DNA of 64,000 bases from Chiloscyllium plagiosum (Eukaryota), in assembly GCF_004010195.1 (NCBI RefSeq), contig NC_057749.1, positions 7,089,416-7,153,415 on the forward strand. Reading direction: 5' to 3'. Positions 1-12,344 of the stretch are shown in pieces. A program made the position numbers and the translations under genes. The notes beneath the pieces were generated by a model, which was given only the letters and a program-made list of their open reading frames with translations, had not been told where the DNA came from and ran no database searches. Within the stretch, counting starts at the first letter, position 1; each line of letters starts with the position of its first letter.

Positions 1-329
1 GAGCTCAGAAAGCTCACTGACATCTAAACATTTTGTCTGTCTCCCTGTTTGTTACGCATTTCAGGTTTTTCTTTGGTTGCTTTTCACAATAGGGTGGTCA
101 GAAGTCTTTCATCGCAACTCACAAACGTTTCAGAAAGTAGATTCCTGTTGCTGAATCTGTTTGTAGTCAATGTACACGCAATGACTGCCTTCGGTGTTTG
201 AAGTAGATTTCAAAGGGGTCATTTTGTTGTGAGAATACAAGACAGAAATTAAGTGCCATGGTAAAGCAGAGGAATCGTACATCTGCCTTCATCTGATCAC
301 ATTTTATTTGCTCAAGGAGTATTGGCAGC

Positions 330-645
330 TTTGGCTGGGCCTGCATTTATTGCCCATCTCTAATTATTGAAACGGCAGTTAAGATTCAGCCACATTTTGC
401 TGTGGGTCTGGAATCACACAAAGACCAGACTTCCTTCCTTGAAGGATATTAATGAATCAGAGGGGCTTGTAATGACAATCAGCAGGGTGTCCATGGTCAT
501 CATTAAGCTCGCCTCTAACTCCAGATTTATATTGAATTCCAATTTCACTCTCTGTCTTGTTGGGTTCCGAATGCATGTACCCAGGAGGTTAGCCTTTAAT
601 CCAGGTACATGACCACTCCACCTCACACAATCGATAGCTGCTTCC
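330..645 (-). mobile_element. tRNA-derived shark SINE (family 2, tail shared with CR1 family 2), decayed
   Basis: Reverse complement carries ...gaattcaat..aaatctgga...ccagacccacagcaa...gatgggcaataaatgc, shared with copies at 665, 14525, 17950, 20010 and 42725. Confidence 0.7.
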
Positions 646-664
646 TTCTCCACACACAATTCCC

Positions 665-865
665 AATGTAAAACCCATCTTGCTCTCTGAAAAGGGACGA
701 CTGATACACCGCCCTTTACCTGGTCTGGTGATCATGTGACACCAGACCCACAGCAATTTGGTTAACTCTTCACTGCAGTTAGCACGCCACTCAGTTCAGG
801 GGCAATTGGAAATAAGCAACAGATTCTGGCCTCACCAGTAATGCCTGTGTCAAACAGAATTAAGA
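665..865 (+). mobile_element. SINE family 2, 3' half
   Basis: aaaacccatct...ccagacccacagcaat...ccactcagttcaggggcaatt. Confidence 0.65.
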
Positions 866-1303
866 ATGTGGATGCAGAAGGTCTTATCCTGAACTAATCA
901 GGAGGGCTCTCCCTAGTATTCAGACCAACAATTCCCACTCCAATGCCACCAGCTAAAGTACCTTTAACTAAGATTTCATCTGCAGTGTCATTTGTGGGAC
1001 CCACAGCTTATAAGTTGCCAAATTGTTTGCAAGTTACACCAAGTTCACTTCATTTCAAACAGTGGTCAAGGAGCACTTTTAAGATGCCGAGAGGAAGCAA
1101 TCACATGAAACTTGAGTTATTTCTTTCTAATGAGAAGCAGGAAAGAAGATGAGGAACTGTGCTGTGCAATAAAAAGGAGACAAGCGATGCTGCACAAGAC
1201 AGAGGGAGTTTTGAAGCCAGAGAGCATCATGAGTGAATGTCAAAAGAAAAAAAGCATCATTGTGTGCCAAAGATTTTGTTCCTCCCTTTTTCCCCCCAGA
1301 ATC

Positions 1304-1620
1304 ACGGTGGCTCAATGGTTAGCACTGCTGCCCTACAGCACCAGGGTTCGATTCCCGCCTCAGGTGACTGTGTGGAGTTTGCACATTCTCCCCGTGTCTG
1401 CGTGGGTTTCCTCCGGGTGCTCCAGTTTCCTCCCACAATCCAAAAGATGTGCAGGTTAGGTGAATTAGCCATGCTAAATTGCCCATAGTGTTAGGTGCAT
1501 TAGTCAGGGGTAAATATAGGGTGGGGGAATGGGTCTGAGTGGGTTGCTCTTCATAGGGTCGATATGGACTTGTTGGGCCAAATGGCCTGTTTCCATACTG
1601 TAAGGAATCTAATCTAATCA
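1304..1620 (+). mobile_element. HE1-type V-SINE, near full length
   Basis: tRNA-like head (gtggctcaatggttagc, ggttcgattccc), V-domain tgtggagtttgcacattctccccgtgtctgcgtgggtttcctccgggtgctcc, tail ending in aatct repeats. Confidence 0.9.
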
Positions 1621-1994
1621 ACCTGTTCAGAGATGTCATTACATATGCCTGAAGCAAGACTTGAACCCAGACCTCAAAGATATGGGCATGATCACTGCAG
1701 CACAACAGCCCTTCCAACTCCCTACATTCGCAATCAGTTAAGTTATTTTTGCAAATTGCCATCACTTTGGTTTTCAATGCATGACTTACAGAAGCGCAAC
1801 TTGCTTTCAAGATGCCCCTTAAAACCTCTCTCTTCAATCAAGCTTTTGGCCAAGCCTTTGCCTTAATACTTTCTTGTCTGGCTTGTCATCTAGTGGGATT
1901 AAGCTTGTTAACAATTCTCCAGTGAGCTGACTATGAGGTGAGTGCACAAAAGCGACAGATCCATTAAAAAATAGAAATATTTTCTCCGGATTGT

Positions 1995-2555
1995 TTCGAT
2001 TCATACAGCATGGAAACAGACCCTTCATTCCAAGCAATCCATGCCGACCATAATCCCAAACTAAAGTGGTCCCATCCACCTCTGCTTGGCCCGTATCCCT
2101 CCAAACATTTCCTGTTCATGTACTTAACTGAATGTCTTTCAAACTTTGTAATTGTACCTGCATCCACCACTTCCTCTGGAAGTTCATTCACACAAACCAC
2201 TCTCTGTGTGTAAAAGAAATTTCCCCTCATGTTCTTTTTAAATCTTTCTTCTCTCACCTTAAAAATACGCCCCCTAGTTTTGAAATCCCCCATCTTAGGG
2301 AACAGACACCTGCCACTCATCTCATCTATCATGATTTTATAGACCTCTCTAAAGTCACCTCTCAACCAACTATGCTCAAATGAAAAAAATTCCCAGACTA
2401 TCCAAACTCTCCTTATAACTTAAACCCTCTATTCCTAGCAACAGCTTGGCAAATCTCTTCTGAACCCTCTCCAGCTTAATAATATCTTTCCTATAACAGG
2501 GAGAACTGGACGCAGTAGTCCAGTAGAAGCCTCACCAACATCCTGTACAACTTGT
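1995..2555 (-). mobile_element. HER1/CR1 LINE 3' fragment
   Basis: Minus ORF translates to CR1 ORF2 C-terminus (RGDFREVYKIM...FFYTQRVV..NELPEEVVDAG). Confidence 0.9.
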
Positions 2556-2857
2556 ATCATGAAAAACGCTCCAAATTCTTCCAAGAAATCCATCTCAGAC
2601 ACTTTCTAAGTTTTCCCTGTAAAGCATCTTGGGCAGTTTCATTGTGTTATGCGTTTTTGTTGTATTGGTGTTGTGCCTTTAACATTTTAAAGCATCCCAA
2701 GATGCTTTGCAATAGCAATGATGAAGCAAGTGTTGAAATGTAGCCACAGAATCAGGATGCAAAAAGAGAGGCAGACTTTTCAGAGGAGGAGGAGAGAGCA
2801 GATTGTAGTGTTCTGGGTTGAGGCAGTGAAAGGCACAGCCTCAATGGTAAAGGAATG

Positions 2858-3765
2858 AAGGTGACCTTATAGAGGTTTATAAAATCATGAGGGGTATAGA
2901 TAAGGTGAATGGTAGATGTCTTTTCCCTAGGTTGGGGGGAGTTCAAGACTAGGGGACATATTTTTAAGATGAGAGGAGAGAGATTTACAAAAGACATGCC
3001 GGGCAATTTCTTTGTGTGGTGAATGAACTTCCTGACGAAGTGGTGGATGCGGGCACAGTTAGAACATTTACAATAAAAGACATCTGGACAAGTACATGAA
3101 TAGGAAAGATTTGGAGGGATATGGGCAGGAGCAGGCAGGTGGGACTAGTTTAGTTTGGGGATTATGTTCAGCATGAACTGGTTGTATTGAAAGGTCTGTT
3201 TCCGTGCCATATGACTCTATAAGGTTGAGCTATAGTAAAAAGGCTGAATAGGCTGGATCTGTTTTCCTTGGAGCATTGGAGGCTGAGGTGTAACCTTATA
3301 GAGGTTTATAAAATCATGAGAGGCATGGATCTTGTAAGTAGCAGGGAGTCCAAAACTAGAGAGGCATAGGTTTAGGGTGAGAGGAGAAAGGTATAAAAGA
3401 GACCTAAGGGACAACATTTTCACTCAGGGGGTGGTACGTGTATGGAATGAGCTGCCAGAGGAAGTGATGGAGGATGATACAAATACATTTAAAAAGCATC
3501 CGAATGGGTGTATGAATAGGAAGGGTTTAGAGGGATATGGGCCAAATGCTGGCAAACGGGGCTAGATTAATTTAGGAAATCTGGTTTTCATGGATGAGTT
3601 GGACCAAAGGGTCTGTTTCCCTGCTGTACACCTCTAGGCCTCTATGACTCTAAATGGGACTAGATTAATCTGGGTTATTTGTTCGGCATGGATGAGTTGG
3701 ACCAAAAGGTCTGTTTCCACGCTGTTCAGCTCTGTGACTCTTTGTCTCTCTGACTCTATAAGTAC
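2858..3765 (+). mobile_element. Stack of HER1/CR1 3' ends (two long, one short)
   Basis: Three tgactct tails at ~3220, ~3650 and ~3760; ORF RGERYKRDLRDNIFTQGVVRVWNELPEEV. Confidence 0.9.
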
Positions 3766-4737
3766 TGAGATTTCAGGCAGTTTTTGACCTGGAGGAGCAT
3801 GGATCAATGGGGCCCAGGATGGATTTCAAAACAAGGCTGGTCATTTGAAAATAAGATGTGGGGTAGAAATTACTGGATTGTGAATTAGCAAACACAGGGA
3901 TGCAGCAAATATATCTTATCGTGAAGTTTGTATAGGGAGTCTAGCATCAGCTTTCAACATTTAGTTTGCTTTTTAACACTGGCAGAGCTAAGACATGCAT
4001 GATGAATAGTTTACCAATGATGGTTGTCCCCAGGGTGTTGTGCTACAGCTTGCTAGACCACACAAAATATGAATACAGTGATATTATATTCCTGCACAAT
4101 ACAGTGTGAGCACATAACTCGGCAGCACTTCCAACCTGAGTCCTATTTCAGTGACAGAACCACTAGAAATTTTACTGCCATAATGTTTGATGACTTTTTC
4201 TCTCCCTGCAGAATTTATACTGTATTGTCCTGTGAATTTATGAGTTAAGAAAAAGCTAATTTCTCCTGAGTTCTTCGGTTCGCTACCTGACAGCCTGACA
4301 AAGAGCTAAGCTGCATGTGAATTGCCCCCCTGTGTCCTCAGTTTAGATAAATGCAAACTATTTTTGATGGGACGTACAATCTTGCTGTGCCCTTCAGGGT
4401 ATAATTTGCCCAATAATGTCATGTTTTAAGATACAACTACTTGGCATGCACAAGGACTGAAGATGCAGCTAGATTTCAATTTCTTGGCATACTCTTACCT
4501 CTTTTCATTGGCTCACACCCACTCCCTTTTGCCATACTTCCAACAACAACCTGCATTTTGACAGCATTGCTCACGTGGCCAAATCTTGAAAATCACGACC
4601 ATGGGAGTGAGAACGAAACAAAATTTGACATTGAGCCAATGAGTTTAGAGGCGCCAGGGGAATTTAGTTGGGCATGAACATGGTAAGTGGGGACCCTTTT
4701 AACTTCCTACCCCTGGCCTATGTGACCCCTTTAGGCA

Positions 4738-4865
4738 AAAGTGAGGACTGCAGATGCTGGAGATCAGAGTCTAGATTAGAGTGGTGCTGGAAAGGCATAT
4801 CAGGTCAGGCAGCATCTGAGGAGCAGGAAAATCGAAGTTTCGGGCAAAAGTCCTTCATCAAGAAT
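4738..4865 (-). mobile_element. Penelope-like terminal-repeat fragment, family A, decayed hammerhead core
   Basis: RC ttgatgaaggacttttgcccgaaacttcgattttcctgctcctcagatgctgcc. Confidence 0.8.
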
Positions 4866-5384
4866 AATTAAGGCTCTTGAACTGAACAGCTCCTGTTGAG
4901 TTTAATTCCCTGATCCCTGCAGAGAGGTTTGGCTGGAGGGGTGCTCGTATTTAAATTGCCTAACTAACCGGTCTGAGAGCCCAACAACATCCTTACTCCA
5001 CCTCCCCACCTCACCGCAACCCCAAGACTTGACCACCAATCCCCTGTGGCCTGGCTCCCTCAGAGGTCCTGAGCACTGGGTGCATGGATTACCAGCAGCT
5101 GTCACCTTTCCTGCTGGCGCTGCTAAGCAATGCCAATCTGTCACCCTCTGATTGGCTGGCAGCTTATGGCAAGCAAGATTTCCACTATCCCACAAGTGGC
5201 CACTGTTGCCCTGACAGGAAGTGGGCCTTTGCAAAAGGAGAAAACATGGGACTTGTGCTGCCTCGCTGACCAAGAAGAGAGACCCCTGTTCCAAAAGCCT
5301 GACACAAAAGATTTGGCTTTGAGAATGGGAGAACAAGAGGGAGACAAAATTATACACCTCAACATAAAGACGTACTAACACATA

Positions 5385-5550
5385 AGCAACAGAAACATAA
5401 AAAATAGGATCAGGAGTAGGCCATTTGGCCCTTTTGAGGCTGCTCCATCATTCCATATGAGATGGCTGATCATTCAAATCATTATCCTGTTCTCCTCATA
5501 ATCTTTGATTCCTTTAGCCTGAAGAATTACATCTGAGCCCTTCTTGAAAA
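5385..5550 (-). mobile_element. CR1 3' tail (older subfamily)
   Basis: aggagtaggccatttggccc...ctgctccatcattc...gatggctgat, similar to 50250. Confidence 0.65.
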
Positions 5551-6704
5551 CAGAAGTTATTTAGTGCATCTTATTATGCGCAAGCTGAAAAAGTACTGTC
5601 GGGTCTAATCCAATCTTCCAGCTTCCTTAAAGGTATGTTTAAGTTTTTTCAAACACAATGAAAGTTTCTGCCTCCACTATTTTTTCTGGCAGTGAGTTGT
5701 GGACTCCCACCTGGCTGAAAATAAATTACTCCTGAATTCCCCACTAATCTTTCCATGAATTCATCCTGTGAATCAACTGTCTTGGTGACAATATTAAACA
5801 TATTAAATACTTTCCCATGTACCTTGGCTGTACCTTTTAGGATTTTCAATGCATCAGTAAGGTTAAACATGCTCTCCTTGAGCAGTGGCTGCTGGTTACA
5901 TTCTTGGGCTGTGATTGGCTTCAGAACTGAGACTGATTTTTCCTCCCTATGACCTCCAGCCATGCAACGCTTTCTAGTCAGGGGTCACTGATGAATATCT
6001 CACGGTCATGACCACTGGCTGGCTTTTCCCGTGAATAGTTACTCCAGAGATAATGAGGCCAATTGAATTGGCCATTCACAGCTCTCTGGTGGCTAAATCA
6101 ACACCCCCTGACTATTGAATGGAAACCATTCTGTTATGTGTGATCTCAACACAGCAGATTATCCATTGATTTTAGAGTTACACAACAGCAACAACATACT
6201 GTGTATGCACCATGATCTTTCACCCTTTTATACTGAAGCTAAGACAAATTAAAGAGCAAAGGGCCAAGGGCAGAGATTGGCAGGTTGAGGACAAAAACTG
6301 TGCTGTTGGTTTTCAATTTGTATGCAGTCCTGAAGATCCTCAGAATGACACACGTTAAGAAGACTCATTCCTAGACAGCACAACATTGGGTGTACCACCA
6401 ATTTATACTACAATATACCAAGTTTTGCCACAAAGTACTAGCCTGTACCAGTGTACCCTGGTTGGGACACAGGGTTGTGCCACAGTAGTTTAATCAAAGG
6501 CAAAATGTGTCATGGCCTGAAAATGTACGGTACCAAAGAACCTGTTTGTATCTGGTGTGCAATCTGTGCCATAGTGTGCCAAACTGTGCCATTGTGCCAG
6601 GCCTATGCCATCAGGTACCGTCCCATGGCTATCCCACTTCTGATCTGGAGCTATAATAAGAGGGAAGTAGAAAGAGGTCAAGTGGGATCACAGTGCCACT
6701 GATG

Positions 6705-6905
6705 ACGAGCTTAGTTGGCTGAACAGCTGATTTGTGATGTCAGAGTGACACCATCAGCAGAGGGTCAATTCCTGTACCATGAAGGCCCTGCCCTTTCAAC
6801 GGTGCCCCTTGCCTGAGGTTTGGTGACCTTCAAGTTGAAAATATCATCAGCCATTCCTCTCTAGTGAGAGAGTAGCCAGTTGATCCTCTGGGACTATGGC
6901 AAGTT
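6705..6905 (+). mobile_element. tRNA-derived SINE (family 4)
   Basis: gcttagttggctg head ... tgagagagtagcc...gactatggc tail; homologous to 38735, 55505 and 63030. Confidence 0.65.
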
Positions 6906-7115
6906 CTATTGTATTGATTGGCCGGAGGTAGACAATTATATAGTTCCAACTTTGAGTTGAGGGTGTGTGGGAAGAAGACAAATTTAAACATATTATCAAT
7001 TGACACAAAGGAACAATCTTTTATGTTTATTGCCTTGTAACCACTAGCTCTATTGATTTGTTAAAATTGCTGATCCCCACCTTACTGGTTGCCCTGTGGA
7101 GTTAATCTGCAATAA

Positions 7116-7281
7116 TAGAGGAACCTCGATTATCTGAATGACACGGGCAGGGACTATTTTTGTCGGATAATCCAATGTTCGGTAATTAAATTCCAGATAA
7201 CACAGTTCAGCCAAGAGTTGGGACCTTGTGATCTTGCTGGATAATCTGAAATTCGGATAATCAATACTTGAGGTTCCTCTG
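7116..7281. mobile_element. Tc1/mariner (pogo/Tigger-like) MITE
   Basis: Terminal inverted repeats agaggaacctcgattatctgaa ... ttcggataatc(aatactt)gaggttcctctg; internal ggataatc subrepeats. Confidence 0.75.
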
Positions 7282-7289
7282 AACATAAA

Positions 7290-7393
7290 AACAAAATACT
7301 GTGAAAGTTGGAAATCTGAAACAAACACAGAGCATCTGTGGAGAGAGAAATAAGAGTCAATATTTCGAGTCTGGTGTGAGTCTTCTTCAGAAT
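7290..7393 (-). mobile_element. PLE fragment family B, decayed hammerhead
   Basis: RC ttctgaagaagactcacaccagactcgaaatattgactc...ctccacagatgct. Confidence 0.65.
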
Positions 7394-7604
7394 GGGTCTA
7401 AACTGGATTGATTTTTCCTGAGTCTAGGCAGTGCAAACATTGAATACTTAATGCAGTTTGGTAGATGCTGGGAGCAGGATTCAGGCCTCCAATTGTCTGG
7501 CTTTGTATGAGGAGGCCTGAACTTGTAGAAGCAACAGCATGTGCAATTCTATTTCAGCAGCTTCAGTCAACTCAGCCAGGAAAGATTCAATTCTACTAAT
7601 TGTG

Positions 7605-8258
7605 AGAGTGGAGTCACTGAGCACAGAAACAGACCCTTCAGTCCAATTTGTCCATGTCAACCAGGTATCCGAAACTGAACTAGTCCCATTTGCCTGTGCT
7701 TGGCCCATGTCCCTCTAAACCTTTCCTGTTCGTGTACCTGTCCAAATGTCTTTCAAATGTTGTAACTGTACCTACATCTACAACTTCCTCTGGCAGCTCA
7801 TTCCACATATGAACCACCCTCTGTCTGAAAACATTGCCCCTCGGGTCCCTTTTAAATCTTTCCCCTCTCACTTTAAACCTATGCCCTCCAGTTTTGGACA
7901 CCCCTACCCTCAGGAAAATACCTTATGCATGCCCCTCATGATTTTATAAAACTTTATAAGGTCCCCCTACATTCCAGGGAAAGAAGTCCCAGCCTATTCT
8001 TATCGGAACTTTAAAGCTCAAAACCTCCAGTCCTGGTAACCAGCAACCACCACTTCCTCTGGCAGCTCATTCCACACACACATCACCCTATGTTTGAAAA
8101 GGTTGCCCCTCAGGTTCTCTTTAAATCTTTCCCCTTTTACCTTAAAGCTATGTCCTTTAGTTTAGGACTCCACTACCCTGGGGAAAAGACCTTGACTATT
8201 CACCCTATCCATGCCCCTCATGATTTTATAAACCTCTATAAGGTCACCCCTCAGCCAC
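7605..8258 (-). mobile_element. HER1/CR1 3' fragments (two overlapping-region copies)
   Basis: GHRFKVRGERFKRDPRGNVFRQRVVHMWNELPEEV; same region repeats at 8045-8258. Confidence 0.9.
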
Positions 8259-8474
8259 TGAGGAGGTTGTACCATGATGCCTCTCAGTACCAACATAATA
8301 AATTAACTTTAGTTTCTTTCCTTCCACTTTCATTGATTTTTGGTTTTGTTGTGTTTAAACAGGCAACATATGTCTCAGTCCCTTAAAACATGACCTAACT
8401 CTGTCTCAGATTCACACTGATTGAGCGAGTCCCAGGTCTGTAACTATAATAGTTATAGAAACACTTTCACTTAC

Positions 8475-8527
8475 CTTCATATAAAAGTCGAGATCATCCG
8501 ACCAACGTTTTCGGTGGAAATTAACCA
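8475..8527 (-). other. Candidate 53-nt internal exon (xVNFHRKRWSDDLDFYMK)
   Basis: tttaacccttgttag| acceptor, AAG|gtaagt donor, a single open frame, several CpGs; no homology recognised. Confidence 0.35.
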
Positions 8528-8654
8528 CTAACAAGGGTTAAACTCCATGCCAGGTCTTTGAAGCTACTGACAAGAATACGGTTGCTGACCATGGTGCTGA
8601 ATTCACCATGGAAGGGCTGTTCCAGGCTATCTACCTGCCTATCTCCCTGCTTTC

Positions 8655-8800
8655 CTCTCTGAAGGTGGGTCACTGGACTCGAAATGTCCAGTCCATTTCT
8701 CTCTCCACAAATGCTGCCAGACCTGCTGAATTTCTCCAGCAACTTCCACTCCTGCTTGTTTCAGATTTCCAGCATCTGCAGTTCTTTGTTTTATTTAGCT
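8655..8800 (+). mobile_element. PLE fragment family B, decayed hammerhead
   Basis: ctgaaggtgggtcactggactcgaaatgtc...ctctccacaaatgctgccagacctgctga. Confidence 0.75.
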
Positions 8801-8999
8801 GTTTCTCTGATGTTTAAGTGAGAAAAGAGGATACTTCCCATGAGCCGAGCATAAAGTTTTTTGGAAAAAAATTAACATGAGGGTTTAACTTCAGGGTTGA
8901 CTTATAGACACAATATTTGAAAATCTAAGGTTTAGAAGAGCCAAAAGCCAAGTGGTCAACACCTTGACTATTACATGAGTAGATACGATATAAGGGTAA

Positions 9000-9110
9000 C
9001 TTGGGGTGTAGTGCCAAAATTGCTGCTCTGAGGCAGGAGGTCCAGGGTTTAAGTTCCACTTGCTCCAGAAGTGTGTCATAATATCTTTGACCAGGTTGAA
9101 TAGAAGACAT
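9000..9110 (+). mobile_element. tRNA-derived SINE (family 3) fragment
   Basis: ggggtgtagtg...gggtttaagttccacttgctccaga...; related pieces near 1625, 31275-31520, 41975 and 49010. Confidence 0.5.
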
Positions 9111-9311
9111 CCACATGGTATGCACTAGTTTTCATATTGTAAGAAACAAAATCACAGGAACAGTACAAATAAAAGATGTGCTTTTGCAACATTTTGTTGA
9201 TTAATTAAAAAAATACAACTGTCCAATAAGAGGTGGAGTCATAGTCACACAGCACAGAAAGAGTCCCTTCAGCCAACTCATCCATGCTAAACTGAACTAG
9301 CGCAGTTTCTC

Positions 9312-10139
9312 TACTGAAATTACTGCACAGAGGCTGGTTCCCACCACCAAGTCACCCTTTGTTTTATGCACGTACACTGGTTGTGACCAGCCAGCTCAGA
9401 GTCAGTCCCTGAACTGAGCAGATTCTAATCTTTTACTTCTCTTTTCTGTCAGTGATTTTAATAAACAGGCAATTCAACACATTGAATAATGCTGTAATAC
9501 AAGTTTCATCCAAAGGTTCAAATTTATTGAGAGTGTTCCATATATCATGCCCTGGTTTCAACACTAGTCCATCACTGGACAGCCTCAACCAACCAGCCAC
9601 AGGGTAAGACTCTAAATCTGTTTCAGTGGTCTCCTGGTTACTTTTTTTTTTAGTTAACACACTGGCTAAATAATTCAGCCAATTCAGGAATCAGGTTTGG
9701 TTTCCTGGTGACTTTTTTTTTGTATTTTATCACAAGGCCCCTGTCCAAACAAAAGAAAAAGTGAAGACACATACAGCAACAAAGAAAACCAGAGTGCAAG
9801 GGCTGAGCCCTGCCACAAAAGTCAACATTATCCTTTTCTCAAAGAGAAAGGAGAAAAGAGGAACACAGTCTGTAACCAGCCAGTGAAACAACAATCCCCT
9901 ATGAGAACTGATGTACACCTGAAACACATTGACTGTGTGGATCAGGCAGTTTAAAAATCAGTCCTCACTAAAAAAAGGAATACCGGTTAACAAACTGGCT
10001 AAATAATTCAGCCAGTTCAGAAATCGGGTTTGGTCTCCTGGTTACTTTGGTCAGCCAAGGCTTTCCTGATTGGCCCAGGTTAATGACTCCAACCAAGAAC
10101 CTCATAGTCAACAAGGTCTACCTGGTTCCAATCACTACA
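9312..10139 (-). mobile_element. Short solo-LTR-like element interrupted by an insert, itself nested in a CR1 3' end (9235-10770)
   Basis: 9312-9435 plus 10047-10139 match the uninterrupted copy 18933-19143; RC starts tgtagtgat; CR1 sequence resumes at 10140. Confidence 0.65.
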
Positions 10140-10770
10140 TCTACATTTGGCGCATATCCCTCTAAATCTTTCTTATTCACGTACCTGTCCAAATATCTTT
10201 TAAATACTGTAATTGTACTCATCCCTTCCATTTCCTCTGGCAGCTTGTTCCAAATATGCACGACGCTCTATGTGAAAAAGTTGCTCCTCAGTTCTCTTTT
10301 AAATCTTTCCCCTCTCACCATAAACCTATACCCTCTAGTTTTGGACCTCTCTACACTGGGGGAAAAAAACCCTTGACTATTCACCTTATCTATGTCCTTC
10401 GTGATTTTATAAAAATATATAAGGTCACCTCTCAGCCAACAATGTTCCAGGGAAGAAGTCCCAGGCTATTCAGCCTTTCACTCTAACTGTCTGGTCTGAG
10501 TAACATCATTATATATTGTTTTTGCATCCTTTCCTGTTTAATAACATCCTTCCTATAGCAGGGTGAACAGAATTGTCTGCAGTAATCCAAATGTGGCCTT
10601 GCCACTGCTTCGTACAGCTGTAGCATTATGTCCCAACTCCAATGTTCTAGATGATGGAGACAAGCATGCCAAATGCCTTCTTCACCACCCTGTCCATTTG
10701 TGATGCCACTTTCAAGGAACTATCTGCCTGCACCCCTGGTTCTTTCCGTTTGACAACACTCCCCAGAATG
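10140..10770 (-). mobile_element. HER1/CR1 LINE 3' fragment
   Basis: catatccctctaaatc...ccaaatgccttcttcaccaccctgtcc. Confidence 0.85.
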
Positions 10771-11596
10771 AATTAGGAGGCTCTGAGATTAAACCTTCAG
10801 AAATACACAAACTACCACAGTTGACAGCCAAAAAGGAATTGGGCTTGAAAGTGATGGCCTCAACAGTCAAATAGCCAATCCACACTCACATCGACAGCAA
10901 GGGTTGATTTTCTTTTTTGCTGATGGTGACAGAGTTTCACCCACCAAGAATGGTTGTTGGATGTTTCAGCATGAAATCACAAACAGCGTTGCGGCTACAA
11001 TTCTTAATCCTGCTCCATCAGATGGAAAGGTGTGGAGAACAGGGTGGGGCTGTTAGGGAGGGATGGAGGGAGAGGTGGTGCACTTAGTGACAGTACAGCT
11101 CCTTTGTCAGATTCTTGCTTGTGCATGTCATTTCTGCAGGGATATTTCACTGGCATTGAAAGGACTGTTCCATCGAATACTGGAATCAGCTTTCTGAACG
11201 AGGCATGGAAAGAAAAGCACCATTCACAATTATTATCATTTTCTTTCTTCAGGTTTGAACACTATACCATGAGCTGACGTGGTTCAAAGATAAATAACAA
11301 TGACGGGAGGCTTATTTGCACAAGTTCACTCTAGAGCACATTCAAAGTGCAGCCCGGCCACCCGGTACTCAGCAGAGCTGAACTAAGTCTCGGCTCACAG
11401 AACAACCTTATGAAAATGCACACTAAAAAAGATATATGCTAATATATGCTAATAGATTCGAAAAGCAGAGAACAGAAGTGCCTGAGGGTCGTTTGATTGG
11501 CAGCCCTGCTCTTTGTATATTATTATATGGCTCTTCATTTCCATCCTCTATTTACATGCAAGTGACTTGTTTCAATCAGTGGTCCTACAATTCTCT

Positions 11597-11833
11597 TCAT
11601 AACGTACAGCAGAATTCAACACTGAAGGAAATTGTCTTCAGCACTTCCTCCCATTCTTCCTCCTCAATAACCATCCATCTAGTGACCTGACAGGATGAAC
11701 TTTCCTTTTTTAAGACGCTCTTTGTCTTTTGAACATCCTTGATTTCCATGGTTGACTGCGTGTCTTCAGCTGTCTTGCAAGGGGTAGAATCTTCTGCTTC
11801 TGAAGTTGGTAAGCTCGGATATGGGGAGGACAT
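11597..11833 (-). CDS. Orphan 78-aa ORF in unique sequence (uncertain)
   Basis: Not repeat-derived; ends ...EEEEWEEVLKTISFSVEFCCTL; weak ATG context; no recognised homolog. Confidence 0.2.
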   Translation of the reverse strand: MSSPYPSLPTSEAEDSTPCKTAEDTQSTMEIKDVQKTKSVLKKESSSCQVTRWMVIEEEEWEEVLKTISFSVEFCCTL

Positions 11834-12344
11834 TCAGTTAGATGGGATGGTGGTGGACTTAAACTCTGGCACCTCTGACAGAATTAGGTTCTGCCCAGGG
11901 ACACACGTGGTTGACCTCCCCAACCCACTGCCAGTTTAGGCCCTTGGTTGACCAGTTGAGGGTCACTTGGGGGCTTCACCCCACCACCAACTGGATTGAC
12001 CCAGTCACAAAGTGGGCATGCAGGGTGCACAACAGGCAGTTTAGTGAATGGCAAGTTTGGTGGGGTCCACTGACCAATCAGTGAGCAAGAGGATTGAACA
12101 CAGGGCGCAGGGTGTGCACTGGAAGTTACCACCGGCTCCTGCCTTCGCCCTAATCCAACAAATCATCAATGAAGATACCTCCTTGGTGTTCCTCCAGGGG
12201 TTGTTCTTTTAACAGCAGCCATGGGCTCCTCCATAGAGCTGCTGAGTGCAAGAGGTGCCACTCGCTGCGTAACTAACTGCTTTCACTGTATAGTCAGTTA
12301 ACTGCATAGACTATAACGAAAATTGTGTGAACATCGGTGGGTAG

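Noticed and set aside
1304..1365. tRNA genes at SINE heads
   Set aside because: A/B boxes continue into SINE bodies; no complete cloverleaf
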